The position numbers were made by a program, and so were the translations under genes. This document shows, in pieces, positions 25,622 to 32,859 of a stretch of 64,000 bases of DNA. Numbering within the stretch: position 1 is the stretch's first letter; each line of letters begins with the position of its first letter. This DNA is from Candidatus Woesearchaeota archaeon (lineage in GTDB: Archaea; Nanobdellota; Nanobdellia; Woesearchaeales; UBA10216), in assembly GCA_016184345.1 (NCBI GenBank), contig JACPCV010000005.1:97017-161016 (forward strand), in the 5' to 3' direction. A model generated the notes under the pieces. That model did not search any database and was not told the origin of the DNA. It saw only the letters and a list, made by a program, of their open reading frames with translations.

Positions 25622-25948
25622 CTAGCCTATCAGGTACATGTCAGGATGGCTGTACTGCATTACGCCGGGATCATCTGCAAACACTAGCTGGGACATGAGC
25701 TTATATGATTCGAACAATTGCGTGTATGGCATCTGTTGGCCGGGCTGATTTCTTGCGGCAGTGACTTCACTCCTCAGTTTTCTTTCCATTTCAGGGTATA
25801 AGCCTTGGAACCTTCTGAAATGAGGGTGATTCCTGCGCGTTTGGCCCCAGTTCCCTTCCAAGAAGTGCGCGTAGTAATTATTCTGCCCTTTAATGAAATC
25901 ATCCAGAGATGCAAACTGCTTTTGGGGCGCAATCGTTGGCTGAACCAT
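25622..25948 (-). CDS. Hypothetical protein
   Basis: 108-aa ORF filling the gap between the tRNA and pip. No recognisable motif. Confidence 0.4.
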   Translation of the reverse strand: MVQPTIAPQKQFASLDDFIKGQNNYYAHFLEGNWGQTRRNHPHFRRFQGLYPEMERKLRSEVTAARNQPGQQMPYTQLFESYKLMSQLVFADDPGVMQYSHPDMYLIG

Positions 25949-25987
25949 AAGTGATTGAGAATCAAGGATAATTTATAAACTGTTGCG

Positions 25988-26968
25988 TCAGTTCTTTATA
26001 GTTCTGCCAAACCTCTTCATCTCCTCCACAAGCTTTACTGTCAAGGGAGAGTCTCCGCTGCCGTGGCCAGAAATCGCAAAGACGAGCTTTGACTTTGGAA
26101 GCGCCTTGTGAAGCAGCCAGGCCTGTGCAGGAGGGCAGAGAGCGTCGTAGCGGCCCTGTACGATTGTGACAGGGATTTTTGCTTTTGCTACCCGGCGGGC
26201 GTTGCTGAGAATGTAATTCTTCGGCAGGAAGCAGTTGTTCTTCATGTAATACGACTCAATAATGGCCATTGACTTGTGCCCCGGATGCGAACTCTTTTTT
26301 CCCATGATTTTCATAACATCCCTGTGAGTCATTTTAAGCTTCAGCAGCGAAAGCTCATAATATGCGAATTCAAATGCAAACTTGTTACTGATCTTCCTGT
26401 TCTTTGACTGCATCTGCCTCATGTAATAGCTTATTACATCATTTCTGTACCTCTGCGGCACATGACTGGCAAAACGTTCCCAAGCTTCAGGAAAGTAATC
26501 CTCTGCACCGCCGCCGTAAGTGTACAGGATGTCCTCTTTCCTCCCAAGGAATATCCCGCGCAGCAGCATTCCGGTAACGGTTCCAGGGTGCTTTATCGCG
26601 TACACAAGAGAAAGCGTTGAGCCCCAGCTCCCTCCGAAAAGGAAAACTTTGCCGATATTGAGGAATCGCAGCAGCTGCCGGATATCTGACACGAGCTTCC
26701 AGGTCGTGTTTGCCTTTAGGGAGCCGAACGGCTTGCTCCTGTTGGCACCCCTCTGGTCAAACAGTATAATGTTCCATGCCTTCGGGTTGAAGAACTGCCT
26801 GTCCTTCTCGCTGCAGCCAGCTCCTGGCCCGCCGTGCACATACAGCACAGGCTTGCCCTTCGGATTACCACATAATTCGTAATACAGCTTATGCCCATCC
26901 CCAACGTTGAGGTAGCCGTGGCGGTAGGGCCTGATTTTTGGGAACAATTTCATCCGCTTCATTAGCAC
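25988..26968 (-). CDS. pip: Proline iminopeptidase (alpha/beta hydrolase)
   Basis: VLYVHGGPGAG, FDQRGANRS, GGSWGSTL (nucleophile elbow). Confidence 0.9.
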   Translation of the reverse strand: MLMKRMKLFPKIRPYRHGYLNVGDGHKLYYELCGNPKGKPVLYVHGGPGAGCSEKDRQFFNPKAWNIILFDQRGANRSKPFGSLKANTTWKLVSDIRQLLRFLNIGKVFLFGGSWGSTLSLVYAIKHPGTVTGMLLRGIFLGRKEDILYTYGGGAEDYFPEAWERFASHVPQRYRNDVISYYMRQMQSKNRKISNKFAFEFAYYELSLLKLKMTHRDVMKIMGKKSSHPGHKSMAIIESYYMKNNCFLPKNYILSNARRVAKAKIPVTIVQGRYDALCPPAQAWLLHKALPKSKLVFAISGHGSGDSPLTVKLVEEMKRFGRTIKN

Positions 26969-27049
26969 TTCTGCTTTAGCTGGGGCTTAAATATCTTTTC
27001 CCAAACGCAGCAGCAAATATTAAAAGCGGCGCTACCTGCCTGCTGCTTC

Positions 27050-28666
27050 ATGGAACCTGCAACTGCCGAAAGCAAAATTGAAATTGAGGAAAAAACATCA
27101 ACTCCGACAGTTAACCTCGCCCTTGACACCGTGAAAATCGGCAAGCAGGCGCTTGTCTTTGTCAGCACGAGGCAGTCCGCAGAGAAATCAGCTGAGGAGA
27201 TAGCCCACCACCTGAAGCTTGCTGATTCAAAGCTTGCTGATGTTGCAGATGAAGCCCTCCACGCGCTTTCAAGGCCGACAAAGCAGTGCGAGCGGCTGGC
27301 ACGATGCATCAAAGGAGGAGCGGCCTTCCACCACAGCGGCCTGACTTCCAAGCAAAGGCAGCTGATTGAGGACAATTTCCGCAGCGGCGTGATTAAAATC
27401 ATTTGTTGTACTCCGACACTGGCAATGGGCGTGGATTTGCCGGCATACCGCGCAGTAATCCGCGATTTAAAGCGCTTTTCCGACAGAAGCGGCTACGGCT
27501 ACGGCGGCTCAAACTGGATACCTGTGCTTGAATACATGCAAATGACCGGAAGAGCCGGAAGGCCAAGGTTTGACACTGAAGGCCAGGCCATCCTCGTTGC
27601 AGGCACAGAATCAGAAGAGGAAGAGCTTACAGAGCGCTACGTTCACGGCGAGCCCGAGGACATCTTCTCAAAGCTTGCGGTTGAGCCTGTGCTCAGGACT
27701 TACCTTCTCTCGCTGATTGCAACAAGCATAGTCGGAAACCGCCAGGAGGTAATGGGATTCTTTTCAAGGACTTTCTGGTCGCACCAGTACAAGGACTTCA
27801 TCCAGCTTGAGAAGATACTTGACAAGATGCTTTTCCTGCTGGAGGAGTGGGAATTTGTAAGGAGCGGGGGGAATGGCAGCGAATTTACCTCGGCAGCAGA
27901 TGTGAAAAGCGGGGCATTAAAGCCAACGCTGCTTGGCACAAGGGTTGCCCAGCTATACCTTGACCCGCTGACAGCGCATGAAATAATACTCGGCCTGAGA
28001 AATGCAGCAGCCAAAAAAGTTACCACCGAGCCAGCACAGTTCCAGCTGCTTCAGTTAATCTCGTCAACGCTTGAAATGAGGCCCCTGCTCAAGGTGAAAG
28101 TAAGGGAGCTTGAGGACTTCCAGGCAGTCCTTGCCGAGCAGGGCAACATGCTTCTTGCTGAAGAACCCTCAATGTTTGAGGACGGCTACGATGACTTCCT
28201 TGCATCTGTCAAGACGGCCAAGTTCTTTGATGAGTGGATTGATGAGAAGGACGAGGAGTACCTCCTTGAAAAGTACGGCATAAGGCCCGGGGAAGTGCAC
28301 GCAAAGCTTGACAATGCTGACTGGCTGCTTTACTCTGCTGCAGAGATAGCAAAGCTGATGCAGATGCAGCAGCTGCTCAGGCACATTACAAAGTTGAGGT
28401 TCAGGGTCAAGCATGGCGTGAAGGAGGAATTGCTGCCGCTTCTGCAGCTAAGAGGCATAGGAAGGGTGAGGGCGCGAAAGCTGTTCAGCAACAGGGTAAA
28501 GAACATTGCCGACGTCAAAGCTGCTGATGTAAGCACCCTGACGCAAATCCTTGGCAGCGGGAAGATTGCTGTTGACGTAAAGCAGCAGCTGGGAGAGAAA
28601 ACCGAAGCTGTGAAGGAAGGGAAGAGGAAGGGCCAGATAAGCCTCAACGACTACGGCGAGGCATGA
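27050..28666 (+). CDS. hel308: Hel308/Ski2-like helicase lacking the N-terminal RecA1 (ATP-binding) domain
   Basis: Starts just before motif IV (ALVFVSTRQSAE). Has motif V (CTPTLAMGVDLPA), motif VI (QMTGRAGRP), the WH/ratchet region and a C-terminal HhH (LRGIGRVRARKL). There is no Walker A or DEAH, and pip on the opposite strand starts at 26968. Confidence 0.8.
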   Translation: MEPATAESKIEIEEKTSTPTVNLALDTVKIGKQALVFVSTRQSAEKSAEEIAHHLKLADSKLADVADEALHALSRPTKQCERLARCIKGGAAFHHSGLTSKQRQLIEDNFRSGVIKIICCTPTLAMGVDLPAYRAVIRDLKRFSDRSGYGYGGSNWIPVLEYMQMTGRAGRPRFDTEGQAILVAGTESEEEELTERYVHGEPEDIFSKLAVEPVLRTYLLSLIATSIVGNRQEVMGFFSRTFWSHQYKDFIQLEKILDKMLFLLEEWEFVRSGGNGSEFTSAADVKSGALKPTLLGTRVAQLYLDPLTAHEIILGLRNAAAKKVTTEPAQFQLLQLISSTLEMRPLLKVKVRELEDFQAVLAEQGNMLLAEEPSMFEDGYDDFLASVKTAKFFDEWIDEKDEEYLLEKYGIRPGEVHAKLDNADWLLYSAAEIAKLMQMQQLLRHITKLRFRVKHGVKEELLPLLQLRGIGRVRARKLFSNRVKNIADVKAADVSTLTQILGSGKIAVDVKQQLGEKTEAVKEGKRKGQISLNDYGEA

Positions 28667-28785
28667 GCCGGCACAAAACCCAAAAGTATTTAAACATCAT
28701 GGAGTGCCCTTTTTGCATCTGGTTTTTAGGTTCTGCTTCGGCAGCTTTTATCTATGATTGGATTATTGAGAGTCGTTAAAATAGT

Positions 28786-29055
28786 ATGATGGTGATGCAA
28801 ATGCAGGAAATACAAGATGAAAATATGCCTTTGAGCGACATGAAAGAGAGGCTTCGCGACATGAAAAAGAGAATTATGACCCTTGAGTGGGACAAGAGCC
28901 ACAACCAGCTAAATTCAAGCATGGAGCTGAAGTATTCGCAGATAAAGACAGAGTGCGAAACTCTCCAGAAGAAGGTCGACACCATGCAGGCTGAGCTCAA
29001 AGGGCAGGAAGCAACTGCAGCTGCAAAGATTGAGCAGGTAAAAGCAGCAGAGTAA
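28786..29055 (+). CDS. Small coiled-coil protein, unknown function
   Basis: 89-aa ORF rich in heptad-like charged residues. Confidence 0.4.
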   Translation: MMVMQMQEIQDENMPLSDMKERLRDMKKRIMTLEWDKSHNQLNSSMELKYSQIKTECETLQKKVDTMQAELKGQEATAAAKIEQVKAAE

Positions 29056-29059
29056 ACCC

Positions 29060-29404
29060 TTACAAAATCTTAAGCTGCCCGGTCACTTTGTCTATCTTTT
29101 CTTCCTTGTCAGGCCCAACGCCCAGGCACGTTACAGTCCCTGCAGGTATCGTGGTGTGGCCTGCATCAGTAATAAGCGCTGTAATGAGCTTTTCCTTCCT
29201 TGCCAGGGCTTCGTACTTCCTCAGCTCATCCAAATCAGCAGCTTTCAGCACAACCTTCTTTCCGCCTTCAGAGCGCCACTCGTCAATAACATCTCGGGAA
29301 GACTTCAGCGCTGCCTCAACAGAAGCGTGGGCAACCTGGACTGCAAGCTTGCCCTTCGGAAGCTTTAAATCCGTCCTGACGAGAATGACCTGTTTGTAAC
29401 CCAT
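29060..29404 (-). CDS. pth2: Peptidyl-tRNA hydrolase, archaeal type (Pth2)
   Basis: KQVILVRTDLKLPKGKLAVQVAHASV...ITDAGHTTIPAGTVTCLGVGP. Confidence 0.9.
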   Translation of the reverse strand: MGYKQVILVRTDLKLPKGKLAVQVAHASVEAALKSSRDVIDEWRSEGGKKVVLKAADLDELRKYEALARKEKLITALITDAGHTTIPAGTVTCLGVGPDKEEKIDKVTGQLKIL

Positions 29405-29545
29405 GGCAACTGCTTCTCTTCTGAAGCGGTTAAAAACTTTTCCTTTGACAGGGCATATTTGTTGCCTGCAAAAATTTTAAATTCAAAAGGACCTTTAATC
29501 ATAGCATCAGGCCGGCGAGCAACTTTAACAACTAAACCGGGGTTG

Positions 29546-29866
29546 ATGACTATGAGTGACAACTTAATCTTCATAGGCACAAAGCCGTTGATGAACTACG
29601 TGACTGCAGTTGTGATGCAGTTCACAACAAAAAACGCAGAATCTTTAATGGTAAAGGCACGGGGCAAGTTCATCAGCAAAGCCGTTGACGTAGCTGAAGT
29701 GGCAACGAAGCGCTTTCTTGAAGGCCAGGCTGAAATAAGCCGCATCACAACTAACTCTGAACAGTTCACCACGCCTGAAGGAAAGCAGGTCAAGGTATCT
29801 TCAATTGAGCTTACAATCAAGAGGAGCGGCAAATCTGCAGCTGCAGAGGCGGCCAGCACCGCTTAG
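29546..29866 (+). CDS. albA: Chromatin protein Alba
   Basis: NLIFIGTKPLMNYVTAVVMQF...VKARGKFISKAVDVAEV...SSIELTIKR. Confidence 0.85.
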   Translation: MTMSDNLIFIGTKPLMNYVTAVVMQFTTKNAESLMVKARGKFISKAVDVAEVATKRFLEGQAEISRITTNSEQFTTPEGKQVKVSSIELTIKRSGKSAAAEAASTA

Positions 29867-30480
29867 GCCAGCACCCTGAACAGCAGAGGCGCAACGAACG
29901 AGAACACCCATATGTTGAAGATTATGTGCGTAATCACAAAAAACGCAGTCCTGCCAAGGTTGCTTCCAAGCATTAGGTAGCCCGGAGCTATGATTGCGTC
30001 ATAAACCACGGTCAGAGCTATTCCTGTTGCTGTAATGCTTTCGCCGAGCATGTGGAAGACGTTTGGAGCGGTCAGCCCTGCGACAATTATGCCTACGAAT
30101 GAGACTAACGTTGAATAGGTGAACCTCTCTGAGACAATCTCTGCAAGGAAAAGCCCGACCATGCCGACAATCAGGCCAGGAAGCCTGCCGAAGGCAATTG
30201 AAGTGATAACAAGCCCGAGCATTACAAGCTCCACACCGATAGAGACCTTTATCCACCTGTTGTAAATCATGGATACGGCGCCAAGGAAGATGAAAAAAGC
30301 CATGGCTGCCAAAACTTTGACGTATGCCCAAAAAAAGAAAAGGAGCGCCATCACAGCAATGGCAACGATGACAATGAGCTTTTTCTCAAAGAGAAATCTG
30401 AGAAAAGATGTTAAACTTTCAAGCCCCGGCACCTTGGAGTGTGCCCATGAAGCAGCGTCCTTTTTCCTGCCAGAGTCCAT
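29863..30480 (-). CDS. ~200-aa polytopic membrane protein, paralog family member 1 of 4
   Basis: Shares architecture and motifs (..Y.RW/F...ELV..) with 30944-31534, 31538-32134 and 32171-32749. Confidence 0.6.
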   Translation of the reverse strand: MDSGRKKDAASWAHSKVPGLESLTSFLRFLFEKKLIVIVAIAVMALLFFFWAYVKVLAAMAFFIFLGAVSMIYNRWIKVSIGVELVMLGLVITSIAFGRLPGLIVGMVGLFLAEIVSERFTYSTLVSFVGIIVAGLTAPNVFHMLGESITATGIALTVVYDAIIAPGYLMLGSNLGRTAFFVITHIIFNIWVFSFVAPLLFRVLA

Positions 30481-30497
30481 TGAATAAGCACCTTGAG

Positions 30498-30709
30498 CGA
30501 GCCCGCCGGGACTTCCTCACTGGCGTTCGGGGCATAAATCGCTGATGCGATTGTGCCCAGTCGGTTTTGCACCGACTTGGGCATTGCCGCCTCGGGCGCC
30601 AATATTTGAACCCAGATCAATCGGTTGCTTCTTCTTCGTTTTTGATTGGCCTTTTTCCTAAAAAGGTCATCCGAAGCCGATCGCACTGTCCGGATTGTGC
30701 TACAGGCCC
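30498..30709 (-). tRNA. tRNA-Arg (TCG) with a 45-nt anticodon-loop intron and a 93-nt T-loop insertion
   Basis: Acceptor GGGCCTG/CGGGCTC (two G-U pairs), D-arm GCAC..GTGC. Anticodon arm ATCGG-CTTCGGA[30625-30669]-CCGAT. T-arm CTGGG-TTCAAAT[30511-30603]CCCGG. Confidence 0.7.
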
Positions 30710-30778
30710 ACGCCCTTGACTAATCCCGACCACTATTTAAAGCTATTTTTATGCTCCGCTCCGGGCTAATGAAAAAGA

Positions 30779-30920
30779 ATATAGACAACTTTGATTATCC
30801 CATAGTTATTTGTCAAAGTTGCCTCAGCGTATCGCTGAGGGATGTCAGCTATCAGCTGACATTGTCTTAGAGGACTTTGAACAAAAGTGATAAATAGGGG
30901 TTATTCAAAGTCCTCTATAT
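30779..30920. repeat. Double-hairpin repeat 'X', copy 2 (inverted), carrying a 40-nt twin-hairpin insertion with TTG duplication
   Basis: Reverse complement of 11369-11469. The extra segment at 30822-30864 is cctcagcg-tat-cgctgagg ga tgtcagct-atc-agctgaca, flanked by ttg at 30819-30821 and 30862-30864. Confidence 0.9.
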
Positions 30921-30943
30921 AAAAACAGCCAAAGAGTTGCCTT

Positions 30944-31534
30944 ATGCAAAAATTAAGAAAGCACTTTGCAAATGCAATCGGAATTTTAGCGAAAAACCTC
31001 ACAAAAAAGCAAGTTGCCATAATATCAGTAATAGCCCTAGCGTTCGTTGCCCTTTTTCATGATTTCTTCAAAGCGCTGACAGGGGTAACGTTGCTTTTCC
31101 TTCTCGGAGCGTTTTCCACCTTCTACAAAAAGAAGCTTGAGGGGTTTGGAGCAATAGGATTTGAACTGGTCACTTTCACAACAACAATAGCTGGTGTTGC
31201 TTTTGGCCCACTTGCCGGAGCGATGTTTGGCTTCGCAACTGCCCTGTCCTCTGTATTGATATCAAAGGATGTTGGTGTCACAACCCCCGTATTCCTGCTC
31301 GCCACAGCCATAGCTGGCGGGTTAGCACATCCTCTAAGTGCACTATTCAGCATAGTCCAATTAGGTATTATGCTCGTCCTTTTTTCAACAGCGACTATAC
31401 TGGTTTTTACATTCCTCTTTTACCGGGATGCCGAAATCAGGGCTGCAGGCATGCTCGGCATACTGACAAACCTGGCAGTTAATTACATCTTCTTCTCTTA
31501 CCTTGCAAAGCCCATCCTGGCCATTATTGCATAG
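30944..31534 (+). CDS. ~196-aa polytopic membrane protein, paralog family member 2 of 4
   Basis: FSTFYKKKLEGFGAIGFELVTFTTTIAGVAFGPLAGAMFG aligns with members 3 and 4. Confidence 0.65.
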   Translation: MQKLRKHFANAIGILAKNLTKKQVAIISVIALAFVALFHDFFKALTGVTLLFLLGAFSTFYKKKLEGFGAIGFELVTFTTTIAGVAFGPLAGAMFGFATALSSVLISKDVGVTTPVFLLATAIAGGLAHPLSALFSIVQLGIMLVLFSTATILVFTFLFYRDAEIRAAGMLGILTNLAVNYIFFSYLAKPILAIIA

Positions 31535-31537
31535 AAG

Positions 31538-32134
31538 TTACATGACCAGCCCTTTCACGAATGCTCCCAGCAGCGAGAAAATGATGAAGTTGGAAGAGAT
31601 GTTGATAATCACGAAAGCCAGAAGCTTTACCCTGAGCTCAGCATCGCTCTGCAGCGCATACAAGGGCTGCGCTACTAGGTTGTAAAGCACGCTCATCCAC
31701 AAGCCCAGCGTGACTATGTTGGCTGCAGGAAAAAACGCAGAAACAGCGCCTACAATCGCCCTTGCCGGTATGTAGCCTATTATGAAAGCGTCAACACCTG
31801 AATTGAATATCTCAGCAGCGAGGGTGATGACCGCCCCGAAAATGGCTCCAGTAACAGGGCCGTATGAAATGCCTACCATTACCGTGCTGAACGTCACAAG
31901 CTCAATGGCAGGAGGCACCCTCATGAAGCGCTTGTAAAATGTTGAAAACACCGCAATAATGCCAAGTGCGGCCAGGACAAGGGTATCCTTGACGTAATTC
32001 CTGAAAAGAAACATAAGCACAAGCCCGAGTGCAGCCCCAAAAAGAAGCTGCTTATGGCGGAGCAGGGAGGAAAAGTCCCTGGCAGCAAGTGCCTTCAACC
32101 GGCTTCCCCCCAGGTAAAAGTTTCCAAAAGCCAT
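31538..32134 (-). CDS. ~198-aa polytopic membrane protein, paralog family member 3 of 4
   Basis: FSTFYKRFMRVPPAIELVTFSTVMVGISYGPVTGAIFG; LYNLVAQPLY. Confidence 0.65.
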   Translation of the reverse strand: MAFGNFYLGGSRLKALAARDFSSLLRHKQLLFGAALGLVLMFLFRNYVKDTLVLAALGIIAVFSTFYKRFMRVPPAIELVTFSTVMVGISYGPVTGAIFGAVITLAAEIFNSGVDAFIIGYIPARAIVGAVSAFFPAANIVTLGLWMSVLYNLVAQPLYALQSDAELRVKLLAFVIINISSNFIIFSLLGAFVKGLVM

Positions 32135-32170
32135 ATCCTCCTTGTAAGGCGCCTGCCAATATAAACCTAT

Positions 32171-32749
32171 TCACGCGAGCTTTGACAAAACAGCGAACAG
32201 CGGCTCGCCGAGGAACTTGAAGATCAGGAAATTCATGGGTATGTTGAGCGAGCCGAAATAAATTGACTTTATGCGCTTCTCCGGGTCTGTCAGGTACCAG
32301 TAAACAGGCTGCTGGAGCAGGTTGTAGAGAAGGCTCATCAGCAGGCCAATCAGTGCAACACTAACCCCGCTATGGTAAAGCCACGGTGCCACAAACGCAG
32401 TGGCAATCCTGGGAGGTATGTAAGTCATGCTGAACGGGTCAAGGGCCTGCGAGGCAACCTCTGAAGTTATGCTTATGACGGCAGCGTACAGCGCCCCAAT
32501 CCAAGGGCCGTAGAATATGCCTACAGCCACTACAGTGAGCGTTATGAGCTCAAACGCCGGAGGCGCCTGGAACACCCTCTTGTAAAAAGTTGAGAAGGTG
32601 GCTGCAAGGCCAAGAATGCCCATTATTATGAAAGCCTTGACCTGTGACGTAAACAGGATAAACAGCAAAATAAACGCAAACGAGAAGAAGACATAGCTCT
32701 TATGCCTCATTATGAGCTTAAAGAGGGAGACAAGCCATGCTTTTGCCAT
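32171..32749 (-). CDS. ~192-aa polytopic membrane protein, paralog family member 4 of 4
   Basis: FSTFYKRVFQAPPAFELITLTVVAVGIFYGPWIGALYA; LYNLLQQPVY. Confidence 0.65.
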   Translation of the reverse strand: MAKAWLVSLFKLIMRHKSYVFFSFAFILLFILFTSQVKAFIIMGILGLAATFSTFYKRVFQAPPAFELITLTVVAVGIFYGPWIGALYAAVISITSEVASQALDPFSMTYIPPRIATAFVAPWLYHSGVSVALIGLLMSLLYNLLQQPVYWYLTDPEKRIKSIYFGSLNIPMNFLIFKFLGEPLFAVLSKLA

Positions 32750-32820
32750 TAAAAAAGCTGATGTGCCCCGGCTAAATATAAACTTTTTCGTTGCCGCAGC
32801 GTAAATGCGACTTGGGAAAC

Positions 32821-32829
32821 ATTTAAATA
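32821..32829 (+). promoter_or_regulatory. TATA box (atttaaata) for proS
   Basis: About 31-39 nt upstream of the ATG at 32860. The same box-to-ATG spacing recurs at many genes in the window. Confidence 0.55.
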
Positions 32830-32859
32830 CGCCCCACAGCTGATTTGAATGCGATAACT

